From an uncultured Bacteroides sp. (GTDB lineage Bacteria; Bacteroidota; Bacteroidia; Bacteroidales; Muribaculaceae), in assembly GCA_964604175.1 (NCBI GenBank), contig CAZRYC010000002.1, positions 5,215-69,214 of the forward strand: 64,000 bases of DNA, given 5' to 3'. The notes under the pieces are model-generated. The model ran no database searches. It was not told the origin of the DNA and worked only from the letters and a program-made list of their open reading frames with translations. The first letter of the stretch is position 1. Each line of letters starts with the position of its first letter. This document shows positions 10,615 through 19,612 of this stretch, one piece after another. Both the position numbers and the translations under genes were made by a program.

Positions 10615-10617
10615 GTA

Positions 10618-10704
10618 TCGAAAATTCTCGAAAATTTTCGAAAATTCTCGAAAGCGCTCGAAAATTCTCGAAAGCGCTCGAAATTTTTCGAGAATTCTCG
10701 AAAG
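10618..10704. repeat. 10-bp-period palindromic micro-array with 9 TCGA cores
   Basis: TCGA at 10618, 10628 ... 10698 at exact 10-bp spacing; variable 6-nt linkers (aaattc, aaattt, aagcgc, gaattc). Confidence 0.95.
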
Positions 10705-10867
10705 TTATTGGGCTAAATTGGGTGGGCATTCGTCTATTTTGCGTTTTTTTAACTTTGTTTTTAATTTATTTCCCTTTAAATTTGCAAAATCTTATTAAAC
10801 CAATCTTCACTCTTGTGTTTGGCCCCTTGGGACCGTCCAAGAAATTATTTCATCAATTTACTTGTTT

Positions 10868-13800
10868 ATGAACAAACGACTAATTCTTGCCGCCTCGCTC
10901 CTGTTAGCATGCGGGTATCCCGCAATACAGGGCTTTACAGCGCAGGCACAATCCACTCAGTCGCAGGGCACCGTGACGGGCGTCCTCACAGATGAACAGG
11001 GAGAGCCCATCGTGGGCGCCATGGTTGAGAACAAGGCCACCAAAGCAAAGGTGCTCACCGATGTTGATGGCCGCTACACAATCAAGGCCGCACCTGGAGA
11101 TGTGTTGTCGTTCAACTCAGTCGGCATGCAACCCGCCGATCGCAAGGTGAGCAGTCATACCCTCAATGTAATTCTCACAGCCAATGCTAACGCCCTCGAC
11201 GAGGTGGTAGTCACCGCCCTCGGCATCAAGAAGGACAAAAAATCACTCGGCTACTCAATCGATGAAATCAGTGCCGATGAGCTGATGAAGAACAAGACAT
11301 CGAATGCCATCAACTCCCTCTCCGGTAAAATCGCTGGTGTGAACATCACACAATCGTCAGGCGCCGCTGGCTCGGGCGCTCAGATTGTGCTCCGCGGTGC
11401 CACCTCTGTATCAGAGACCCGCGATAGCCAGCCGCTCTTCGTAGTAGATGGTATCATTTATGATAACTCCTCGAGCGTAGGTGGCAACTCCGCATTCGAC
11501 GGCTCCACCAACACCTCCACCACCACCAGCAACCGTGTGATGGATATCAACCCTGAGGATATCGAGAGCATGTCAGTGCTGAAAGGCCCGGCCGCTTCTG
11601 CCCTTTACGGTAGCCGCGCTGCCAATGGCGTGGTGCTGATTACCACTAAGAAAGGTAAGGCAGGCCGCACCGAGGTCAACCTCTCAGCTAAGTACGTCAC
11701 CTCTTGGGCTACCAAGGTGCCCAAGGCTCAGACACGCTATCGCCGAGGCTTCATGGAAGACCAATATGTTGACAAGGTTTACACCGGCACTGTTTACAAT
11801 GACTACTCCTATAGCTCATGGGGCGATCGCTTGGCAGCTAACGAGCAGACCTACGACAATATCGGCGATTTCTATCAGCACGGAGGCATTTGGGATACCA
11901 ACCTCAGCGTATCTGGCGGTAACGAGAATGGCAACTTCTTCCTCTCAGGATCTTTCTACGATCAGGATGGTATCGTGCCTAAGACTGGCTATACCAAGAC
12001 CACTGTTCGCTTCAACGGCGAGCAGAAATGGAAGATGTTCACCTTCGGCGCCAATGCAGCTTACTCAGAAGCTCGCACCGACAAGACCCTTACCTCTGGC
12101 GGTCTGTACAACTCCAGCGGCGATGGCGCTTTGGTTCGCCTTTATGGCTTCGGCACCAGCGATGACATGACCCACTACCTCAATGAGGATGGCAGCCGCT
12201 ATCGCATGTTCGGCGACCGCCTCGATGCCAAGGACGAAAGCGATAACCCCTACTGGATTATCAATAAGAATAAGATCCACGATAAGACCACCCGCTTTAC
12301 TGGCACATTCAACATCCGAGCTGATGTGACCGATTGGTGGTGGATCCGCTTCCAAATGGGCGTGGATGATTATACTACAGATTATACCAAGCGCATTGCC
12401 CCCGGCGGTGTTTACAAGGAGGAATGGCAGAGCGGTATGATGAGCGACAACACTACTCGCTATCACTATCTCAACACCAACTTCATGATGAACTTCAACA
12501 AGACCTTTGGCGACTTCGGCACCAACCTGTTGATTGGCACATCCACTGACAACACCACCACCAAGAATGACTACAAGATGGCTTACAACTTTGAGGTAGC
12601 AAACTTCTTCGCTTATGCCAACGCTGCCCAAGACAACAAGTCATTTGAGAGCTATACATACAAGAAGCGCCTTGTAGGCCTCTACGGCGAACTTCGCTTA
12701 GACTGGAAGAACACTGTGTTTTTGACAGCTACCGGCCGTAACGACTGGACCTCAACACTTCCTCACAAGAACCGCTCATATTTCTATCCATCAGTCAGCG
12801 GTGCCATCGCATTCACACAGTTCCTGCAGGATCATGGCTGGCTTGACAATAGCGTGCTCACCTTCGGTAAGATCCGCGCAAGCTGGGCTCGCGTAGGTAA
12901 GGACACCGATCCTTATGAACTCACTACTACTCTTTGGCCTGTAGGCACATATCTTGGAGGACTCACCGGTATGGGTAACAGCTGGACTCGTGGAAATACC
13001 GACCTTAAGTCAGAGACTACTGAGTCAACCGAAATCGGTCTCGAACTGCACTTCTTCAACAACCGCTTGAAATTCGACTACGCATACTACACCAACAACT
13101 CACTTGACCAGATTATCTCGCCCCGCGGTCCTCAGTCCACTGGCTACATCTTCTGCTCTGTGAACATGGGTAATGTACGCAACAAGGGTATGGAACTTTC
13201 TATCAGCGGTATCCCCGTGCAGACCAAGGATTGGCAATGGGAAACTGGCATCAACATCGCCGGCAACCGCGGCAAGCTCGAAGGCTTGGCAGCTGGCATG
13301 GATGTAATGTATGTAACTGATGTACAGTATGGCGGCGCTAAGGCTGCATCATACTCTGGTGGTGACTTCTGCGCTATCGCCGGTACACGCTGGGTGCGCG
13401 ACGATGATGGCAATGTAGTGGTAAATGCTAAGACTGGTCTGCCTGACAACAGCGACACTTCTTATTATTACCTTGGCAACCGCGAGCCTAAGTTCACTGG
13501 CGGCTGGACCAACACTCTGACTTGGAAGAATTTCACATTCGATATGCTGTGGGAATTCCGTGTTGGCGGCTATGTATTCAACGGCACACAATATGTAATG
13601 GATGTCAATGGTACCAGCAACTATTCAGCTGATATCCGCGACAATGGTCTCGATATTCCTCACACCGATCTCCATTATGATTGGGACAAGACTTACGACA
13701 TCAATGGCGTAACAATGTCAGGCGCTTCCATTATCCACAACTATTTATCAAGCGTAGCTTCCACTGAGGCCTCACTGTGGTTGAAGAAAGTCAACAGCCT

Positions 13801-14044
13801 GCGTCTGCGCACCATTTCTCTTAGCTACAATGTTCCTAAGAAATTCCTTGAGAGGACTAAGGTATTCCAACGCGCTGTAGTTACAGCATCTGCTACCAAC
13901 CTGCTGCTCTTCACCAACTACGATGGTGATCCCGAGGCTGCCGCTTCTGGCGCTGGCGTAGGTGGTTCGTCATCTGTTGGCTTCGAATATTGCGGCGTGC
14001 CCTCTACTGCAAGCTTCGCATTCGGCCTTAATCTTACTTTCTAA
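10868..14044 (+). CDS. susC: Second SusC/RagA family TonB-dependent transporter
   Basis: VVVTALGIKK, MSVLKGPAASALYGSRAANGVVLITTKKG, TGRNDWTSTL, terminal Phe. ATG 10868 preferred over TTG 10862. Confidence 0.97.
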   Translation: MNKRLILAASLLLACGYPAIQGFTAQAQSTQSQGTVTGVLTDEQGEPIVGAMVENKATKAKVLTDVDGRYTIKAAPGDVLSFNSVGMQPADRKVSSHTLNVILTANANALDEVVVTALGIKKDKKSLGYSIDEISADELMKNKTSNAINSLSGKIAGVNITQSSGAAGSGAQIVLRGATSVSETRDSQPLFVVDGIIYDNSSSVGGNSAFDGSTNTSTTTSNRVMDINPEDIESMSVLKGPAASALYGSRAANGVVLITTKKGKAGRTEVNLSAKYVTSWATKVPKAQTRYRRGFMEDQYVDKVYTGTVYNDYSYSSWGDRLAANEQTYDNIGDFYQHGGIWDTNLSVSGGNENGNFFLSGSFYDQDGIVPKTGYTKTTVRFNGEQKWKMFTFGANAAYSEARTDKTLTSGGLYNSSGDGALVRLYGFGTSDDMTHYLNEDGSRYRMFGDRLDAKDESDNPYWIINKNKIHDKTTRFTGTFNIRADVTDWWWIRFQMGVDDYTTDYTKRIAPGGVYKEEWQSGMMSDNTTRYHYLNTNFMMNFNKTFGDFGTNLLIGTSTDNTTTKNDYKMAYNFEVANFFAYANAAQDNKSFESYTYKKRLVGLYGELRLDWKNTVFLTATGRNDWTSTLPHKNRSYFYPSVSGAIAFTQFLQDHGWLDNSVLTFGKIRASWARVGKDTDPYELTTTLWPVGTYLGGLTGMGNSWTRGNTDLKSETTESTEIGLELHFFNNRLKFDYAYYTNNSLDQIISPRGPQSTGYIFCSVNMGNVRNKGMELSISGIPVQTKDWQWETGINIAGNRGKLEGLAAGMDVMYVTDVQYGGAKAASYSGGDFCAIAGTRWVRDDDGNVVVNAKTGLPDNSDTSYYYLGNREPKFTGGWTNTLTWKNFTFDMLWEFRVGGYVFNGTQYVMDVNGTSNYSADIRDNGLDIPHTDLHYDWDKTYDINGVTMSGASIIHNYLSSVASTEASLWLKKVNSLRLRTISLSYNVPKKFLERTKVFQRAVVTASATNLLLFTNYDGDPEAAASGAGVGGSSSVGFEYCGVPSTASFAFGLNLTF

Positions 14045-14065
14045 TAATTTCAACATCATTGCGAC

Positions 14066-15979
14066 ATGAAACTTCTAAAATATATCATGCTTGCTGCAGT
14101 GGGAGTAGCCTCGATGACATCTTGCTCTGACTATCTTGATGTCAACGACAACCCCAACTCAGCCACCAATGTGGATGCCCTTTATTATCAACGACTGGCT
14201 CACATTGAGTTCTACACCAACGATGCCCAGCAATTCGGAGCTATGCGTACCAACATGGGATGTGGCGACTGGACAATGAATAGCCGCACCTCGACCTATG
14301 GAGCATATTCACAGTGGCAGCCAATGGCTGGTGTCACAACTACACCGTATCAGTGGTGGTTCGTAGGCGCAGCAGCCAACTTGGCCGATATGGAAAACAG
14401 CGCTATGGAGGCCGGAGCTTGGCATTATGTAGGCGTAGGCCGCATCATTCGCGCCTATGGCTTCATGCTGATGACTGACATCTATGGCGAAATGCCTTAT
14501 ACTGAAGCTGTGGCTTTGACAAATATTCCGGCCTATGACACTGGCAAGACCATCTTCCAGGGGTGTCTCGATGATATCGACATGGGTCTCGAATATTTGT
14601 CCAAGACCCAAGAGGAGTTCACTGAGCCTCTGTCGGCTGGCGATTTCTGGGCTGCTGGCAGTGTGGACAAGTGGATTAAGTTCGCCAACCTGCTGAAAGC
14701 TCGCTTCTTGCTGCATCTGTCAAAGAAAGGGGCCGGCTCTGCTTCTGACCTGAAGTACGATGCTCAAGCTATCCTCGATGCCTTGGCCAAGGGTCCCCAG
14801 AGCAATAAGGACAATATCGTAATTAACCATACCGATGATAATGGACCTACTCATGATGTCCTTGGATGGAACGAGCCTGTGGACTACTCGCCTCTGTATT
14901 CAGTAATCGGCATGAACTCAAACTACTTTGTAACCAGAATGCTGGTGGACAACCTCACCAACTTTGGCGAATACGGAGTAGAAGATCCTCGAGCTGACCG
15001 CATCATTCCCTGGGCTCGTTCACAAAAATCAGCCAACACCCCTGAGGAAATATATGGCCAGAAAGTTAAGTGGTCAGAGGATGGACTGTGGCGCCGCTCT
15101 GTAGGTGTGGATATGAATACTACGATCCGCACAGAAGGCGCTCCTTACGCCACATCTTGGGATGATCTCTCAGATAAGGACATTACCAGCAAATACAGCT
15201 CACATCCTGGTATCACTGGCTTCTACTGCCAATCTGAAACCCGCTCAGGTGATACTATCTTTGTACAACAGCGCTCAGGCTCTACTGGCTATTACAAAGG
15301 TCGTAGCCTCCTGATGTGGCTTGACAACCAGAAGGGCTCGGGCGATGATCGCTCAGCTATCTCCGGCACATTCATGACCCGCGTATCTTCTCCCGGTTGG
15401 GTAGGCACTTACCATGAGGCTTGCTTTATCAAGGCTGAGGTGCTCTATAATCAGGGCAAGACCAGCGAAGCTTATGCAGCTTACAAGGAAGGCATCCGCG
15501 CCAATATGGAGCTCATGAATGAGAAGCTCACTGCTTGGCAGGCTGAAAGCAAGGATGATCTGCAGAACAATTGCCCCTCATTCCAAGTGATGACAGATGA
15601 GGAAATCGACAACTATTTGGAGAATGGCATCGGCACCGCTGCTGACCTTACCTTAGGCCACATCATGACACAGAAGCACATCGCCATGATGGAGCAATTG
15701 GAGCAGTGGAACGATATGCGCCGCTACGACTATGATGAGGCTGTATTCTTCAACTGGCACATTCCAGCAGAATACTACATCAATGGTGGATCGCAATCAT
15801 GCATCCCTCTGGGCAAACATCTGCGTCGCTGGCGCCAGTGCTCACATGAGATCAACTACAATTCCACCAATCTTGGTGCAATTGGAGCTCTGGTTCCCGG
15901 CTCAAACGGCACCGCCAACTGGAACTCAGCAGCTGATGTGTGGTCAATCAATGTATGGTGGGACTCTGACCAAGACTAA
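14066..15979 (+). CDS. susD: SusD/RagB-like (SusD-like_2 type) lipoprotein
   Basis: Lipobox MTSC-SDYLDVNDNPN, TDIYGEMPYTEA, IMTQKHIA, WNDMRR, VWWD end. Confidence 0.93.
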   Translation: MKLLKYIMLAAVGVASMTSCSDYLDVNDNPNSATNVDALYYQRLAHIEFYTNDAQQFGAMRTNMGCGDWTMNSRTSTYGAYSQWQPMAGVTTTPYQWWFVGAAANLADMENSAMEAGAWHYVGVGRIIRAYGFMLMTDIYGEMPYTEAVALTNIPAYDTGKTIFQGCLDDIDMGLEYLSKTQEEFTEPLSAGDFWAAGSVDKWIKFANLLKARFLLHLSKKGAGSASDLKYDAQAILDALAKGPQSNKDNIVINHTDDNGPTHDVLGWNEPVDYSPLYSVIGMNSNYFVTRMLVDNLTNFGEYGVEDPRADRIIPWARSQKSANTPEEIYGQKVKWSEDGLWRRSVGVDMNTTIRTEGAPYATSWDDLSDKDITSKYSSHPGITGFYCQSETRSGDTIFVQQRSGSTGYYKGRSLLMWLDNQKGSGDDRSAISGTFMTRVSSPGWVGTYHEACFIKAEVLYNQGKTSEAYAAYKEGIRANMELMNEKLTAWQAESKDDLQNNCPSFQVMTDEEIDNYLENGIGTAADLTLGHIMTQKHIAMMEQLEQWNDMRRYDYDEAVFFNWHIPAEYYINGGSQSCIPLGKHLRRWRQCSHEINYNSTNLGAIGALVPGSNGTANWNSAADVWSINVWWDSDQD

Positions 15980-16002
15980 CACCCCCCCTTACTCCCCATA
16001 AA

Positions 16003-16037
16003 AAAAAAGCCATCCCGCACCCCGGGATGGCTTTTTT
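16003..16037. terminator. Bidirectional terminator between convergent susD and muramidase genes
   Basis: aaaaaagccatcccg / cgggatggctttttt; stem core matches the 10579 terminator. Confidence 0.85.
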
Positions 16038-16040
16038 GTT

Positions 16041-16106
16041 TCAAGAATTTTCGAAAGTTTTCGAAAGTTTTCGAGATTTTTCGAGATTTTTCGAGAGGTT
16101 TCGGGG
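16041..16106. repeat. 10-bp-period micro-array with 5 TCGA cores plus 2 degenerate units
   Basis: TCGA at 16051, 16061, 16071, 16081, 16091; tcaa at 16041 and tcgg at 16101. Confidence 0.93.
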
Positions 16107-16835
16107 TTATTTCCATTTGTTGTAGGCGCGGGAGAGGCGGGTGTGGTAGCCGCGCTTGGCATAGGAGGGGCCATTGTAGCCTCGGGCGAAGCGGGTCCAG
16201 TCGAGCTTCTGGAGCGGCACATCCAGGCCAGTGGTGTGGAGGAAGTTCACAAAGAGCTCCAGCTGCTCCTGCTCGGATGTGGCCATGCGCCGGGCGAACT
16301 CCTGAGGCGAAGCGCAGCCGCAGCGCTTCCAATTGAAGCCGGCAATCTGGAACATCCCCCAATAAGCGCTCTCGATAGCAGCCACAGAATCTATAGCCAT
16401 CGCGCCCTGCATGCGCGCCCACTGCGCGGCATTGCGGCCGCCATACTTTTTATCATTTGGCCCCGCAAAGACCTCTGGGTGCGATTTCTGGGCCTTGCTC
16501 AGATTGATGCCTCGCTTTTTGGCATTCTTTCGGAACATGTCAGCTGAGAAATACACCACCGGGCATCCCTGATCATATAATCCCTGATGCTGGCTGCCAG
16601 CCTCAATCTCAATCACGGCATGGATGGCGGCATCATCGCAATGCAGCTCCTGGGCAGCCCGGTGATAGTCTGCCTCTGTGAGGTGCATGGGAGGGCGCAG
16701 CATGGCTTCCAGCCATGGCTCTACCCCCAAGGCATCGATTTGGAATTCTTCACGGATTTCCTCCTCGGTGGGGTCAGCAGCCTCAGCGCAGAGGGCTGCC
16801 CCGAGAGCCAATACTATGAGATTGAATTTAGACAA
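16107..16835 (-). CDS. Secreted N-acetylmuramidase family protein (DUF3380/Muramidase-like)
   Basis: AIHAVIEIEAG, AIESAYWGMFQIAGFNW, DWTRFARGYNGPSY motifs; signal peptide. TTG 16835 chosen because the longer start runs through the repeat array. Confidence 0.85.
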   Translation of the reverse strand: MSKFNLIVLALGAALCAEAADPTEEEIREEFQIDALGVEPWLEAMLRPPMHLTEADYHRAAQELHCDDAAIHAVIEIEAGSQHQGLYDQGCPVVYFSADMFRKNAKKRGINLSKAQKSHPEVFAGPNDKKYGGRNAAQWARMQGAMAIDSVAAIESAYWGMFQIAGFNWKRCGCASPQEFARRMATSEQEQLELFVNFLHTTGLDVPLQKLDWTRFARGYNGPSYAKRGYHTRLSRAYNKWK

Positions 16836-16839
16836 AAGA

Positions 16840-16907
16840 TAGGAATATAGGAATAAAGGAATCCTAAGCATCTTAGGAGACCTAAGGCGCTTAGGATTCT
16901 TAGGGTG
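16840..16907. repeat. Degenerate 8/9-mer micro-array (A[GA]GnnnC[CT]T)
   Basis: aggaatcct aagcatctt aggagacct aaggcgctt aggattctt, preceded by taggaata x2; fills the pepD-muramidase gap. Confidence 0.85.
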
Positions 16908-18368
16908 TTAAGCCTTAAGGTCGGCGACCTTCTCGATGATGCGGCGCAGTTGGCCCCAGAAGCGGCCTACAGCCGGGATATGCATGCGTTCGCTGGGCGA
17001 GTGCACACCCTGAAGGGTAGGACCGAAAGATACCATATCCAGATCCGGATACTTGGTGAGGAAGAGGCCGCACTCCAGACCGGCATGGATAGCCATCACC
17101 TTGGGCTTGATGCCATAGAGCTCCTCGTAGGCATCGCTGGCTATCTTCATGATGGGCGAGTGCATGTTGGGCTGCCATCCGGGATAGCCGTCGCCATGCG
17201 TGGCCTCGGCTCCAGCCAGTGTGAATACAGCCTCCACCTGGCGGGCAATGTCCCACTTGCGGCTCTCTACGGATGAGCGCTGGCTGGTGCACACCACGAT
17301 GGTATTGTCCTCCTTCATCTTGACAGAAGCCAGATTGGTAGAGGTTTCCACCAAGCCTTCCAAGTCGCGGCTCATGGATATCACACCATGAGGAGCGGCA
17401 TAGAGGGCCATAATCAGGTTGCGACTTGTGGCGGCATCTACCGCATATTCCGGGCGCTCCTCGGTCTCGAGAGTGATTTGGTAGGTAGGCTCGATGGGGC
17501 GATATTCGTTCTCAATCTCAGCGAGGTACTGGTTGAACTCCACCACCACATCTTCCTTATTTGATGTGTGTATGCCAAAGATAGCATGAGCGGCGCGCGG
17601 AATGGCATTGCGCAGGTTTCCGCCATCGATCTCGCAAAGCACGATTTCGTACTTCTTCATCAAGCGGAATAGGAAGCGAGCCAGCAGCTTATTGGCGTTG
17701 ATGCGGCCCAGATGTATGTCGCCGCCGCTATGGCCGCCGAGTGCGTTGGCAATGTCGATCTTGAAATAGTGGAAATCGCTGGGGGCCATCTCGCGCTTGT
17801 ATCGGAAAGTGGCTGTGGTATCCACGCCGCCGGCGCAGCCGATGAAGATTTCGGCATCGTCCTCAGAGTCAAGGTTGAGCAGTATCTTGCCTGTGATCAT
17901 GTCCGGGGCCAGATTGTTGGCGCCAGTCATGCCGGTCTCCTCATCCATAGTGATAAGGGCCTCAAGCGGGCCATGCACTAAGTCGGGGTCAATCATGGCA
18001 GCCAGGGAGGCGGCTACGCCGATGCCGTTGTCGGCACCGAGGGTGGTGCCATCGGCATGCACCCATTCGCCGTCAACTATGGTGGTGATAGGATTATTTT
18101 CGAAGTCGAAGCTCTTGTCGTTGCTTTCGCATACCATGTCCATGTGGCCTTGAAGGATGAGAGTGGGGGCATTCTCGTGGCCCGGGGTTGCGGGCTTGGA
18201 GATAACCACATTGCCTATGGGATCAGTCTTGGCGGTGAGGCCATGAGCCTTGGCGAAGTCGAGCAAGAATTGGCGAATTTTCCCTTCTTTCTTGGAAGGA
18301 CGAGGCACCTTGGTGATCTGATCGAAGATTTCGAACACCTGGGTGGGTTGCAGGTCTTTCATTTTCAT
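16908..18368 (-). CDS. pepD: Aminoacyl-histidine dipeptidase (M20C)
   Basis: LQGHMDMV, TTLGADNGIG, DEETGM, NLDSE, GGHSG, IHAGLECG, HSPSE. Confidence 0.96.
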   Translation of the reverse strand: MKMKDLQPTQVFEIFDQITKVPRPSKKEGKIRQFLLDFAKAHGLTAKTDPIGNVVISKPATPGHENAPTLILQGHMDMVCESNDKSFDFENNPITTIVDGEWVHADGTTLGADNGIGVAASLAAMIDPDLVHGPLEALITMDEETGMTGANNLAPDMITGKILLNLDSEDDAEIFIGCAGGVDTTATFRYKREMAPSDFHYFKIDIANALGGHSGGDIHLGRINANKLLARFLFRLMKKYEIVLCEIDGGNLRNAIPRAAHAIFGIHTSNKEDVVVEFNQYLAEIENEYRPIEPTYQITLETEERPEYAVDAATSRNLIMALYAAPHGVISMSRDLEGLVETSTNLASVKMKEDNTIVVCTSQRSSVESRKWDIARQVEAVFTLAGAEATHGDGYPGWQPNMHSPIMKIASDAYEELYGIKPKVMAIHAGLECGLFLTKYPDLDMVSFGPTLQGVHSPSERMHIPAVGRFWGQLRRIIEKVADLKA

Positions 18369-18535
18369 GATTGAATATTGATTTTAGGGTTATAAAGTGT
18401 AAACAAGTGTGGAGTTATGAGAAATAATGTTAAAAAACACTGATTTTCGACCTCTAAATTACTAAATAAAATTGACATATTACAAAAAATTGGACAAACT
18501 TTTTTATATTTGCACAATGATTTTGAAAATTGACG

Positions 18536-18691
18536 ATGAAACTGGTCATATTGTCAATATTAATGGTAGCTATTGCCTTTCTGCTGCTTGGTATCAAGGT
18601 GCTGTTTGTGCCCGGGTCAAAATTCCCGATGGGCCATCACGCGCACAGCCAAGCCAAAGGCACCTGCTTGCATGAGCAAATCAAATCCTGA
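18536..18691 (+). CDS. Small single-TM membrane protein (51 aa) upstream of ompH; absent from the ORF track
   Basis: MKLVILSILMVAIAFLLLGIKVLFVPGSKFPMGHHAHSQAKGTCLHEQIKS*; -7 box TATATTTG at 18505-18512. Resembles the small ORF I recall upstream of ompH in Bacteroidales. Confidence 0.75.
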   Translation: MKLVILSILMVAIAFLLLGIKVLFVPGSKFPMGHHAHSQAKGTCLHEQIKS

Positions 18692-18776
18692 CCACTGTCG
18701 ATCGAATTTCTGTCATAAAGTATAAAAACATAATACCAATATAATCTTATCTGTTTAAAAGCTCATTACACTCTGT

Positions 18777-19382
18777 ATGAAGAAAATTGCTACTCTCTTG
18801 CTGGCCGGCTTTGCTATTATGATGACAGCCTGCTCATCCAAGGACACCGCTCCTGCAGCAAATGCTGCGCAGCAAGGTGAACCGTTCGAGTCTGTGACCA
18901 ACATCCGATATGTGTGGGGTGACTCGATCAACCAATATTATACATTCTCGCAGTCCACGGCCCTTACCAATCAGCAGATCCAAGCCGAGCTGGTGGCTTA
19001 CTACAACCAGCTGCAGAATCAGCTTCAGGCAATGCAGAACCAGTTTCAGCAGAAGCTGCAGAACAATGGCTTCCTGACCGAGTCAGCCGCTCAGTCGGAG
19101 GCTAAGAAAATCCAGCAGACAGCCACCAATTATGAGAATCTCTACGCCAAGCGCGAAGCCGAGGCCATGGAGAAGATTAACAATAACAACAAGGTGCTGC
19201 ATGACTCGATCATGAATTTCATCGTAAGCTATAACAACGAGAAGAAATTCGATGCCATCCTCTATGGCGAGACAGCCATGTATCTGAACCCGGCCTTGGA
19301 CATCACCCAGGAGGTGATTGACGGGCTTAACGCCCGCTACAAGGCTCCGGTAGCCGCCCCGGCCACTGAGGAAAAGAAATAA
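18777..19382 (+). CDS. ompH: OmpH/Skp family chaperone (lipoprotein-type N-terminus)
   Basis: IRYVWGDSI, Q-rich coiled coil, LDITQEVIDGLNARY. Confidence 0.85.
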   Translation: MKKIATLLLAGFAIMMTACSSKDTAPAANAAQQGEPFESVTNIRYVWGDSINQYYTFSQSTALTNQQIQAELVAYYNQLQNQLQAMQNQFQQKLQNNGFLTESAAQSEAKKIQQTATNYENLYAKREAEAMEKINNNNKVLHDSIMNFIVSYNNEKKFDAILYGETAMYLNPALDITQEVIDGLNARYKAPVAAPATEEKK

Positions 19383-19398
19383 CAATAGCAATAAAATT

Positions 19399-19425
19399 AA
19401 GCGCCCCACAAGGGGCGCTTTTTTT
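19399..19425 (+). terminator. Rho-independent terminator
   Basis: aagcgcccc-acaa-ggggcgctt followed by a T-run. Confidence 0.9.
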
Positions 19426-19430
19426 ATTAT

Positions 19431-19547
19431 AGGAATCCTAGGTATCCTAGGAATCCTAGGAATCCTAGGAATCCTAGGGTGCCTAGGATGCCTAGGGTGC
19501 CTAGGATTCCTAGGATGCCTAGGGAGCCTAGGGAGCCTAAAAATCCT
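19431..19547. repeat. 9-mer palindromic micro-array: (AGGnnnCCT)12 plus 1 degenerate unit, giving 11 CCTAGG junctions
   Basis: Units aggaatcct, aggtatcct, agggtgcct, aggatgcct, aggattcct, agggagcct; lies between the terminator and the -7 box TAACTTTG at 19579. Confidence 0.97.
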
Positions 19548-19612
19548 ATTCCAGTAACCAAGAATTGAGAATTTTTTGTAACTTTGCGGTTTAGAACAAA
19601 AGCTATTGAAAA

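Noticed and set aside
10385-10798. Track ORFs 10385..10729(-) and 10613..10798(+), likewise 15976..16422(-) and 52778..53011(-)
   Set aside because: They translate the repeat arrays or shadow real genes (FENSRK, FSVFSFQ periodic peptides); no coding evidence.
16107-16835. Prophage around the muramidase
   Set aside because: No holin, structural, terminase or integrase genes nearby.
18472-18675. 67-aa track ORF
   Set aside because: It spans the promoter; the 18536..18691 frame has an ATG after the -7 box and a clear TM helix.
10618-19547. Micro-arrays as CRISPR arrays
   Set aside because: Units are 9-10 bp with no unique 25-45 bp spacers, and there are no cas genes.
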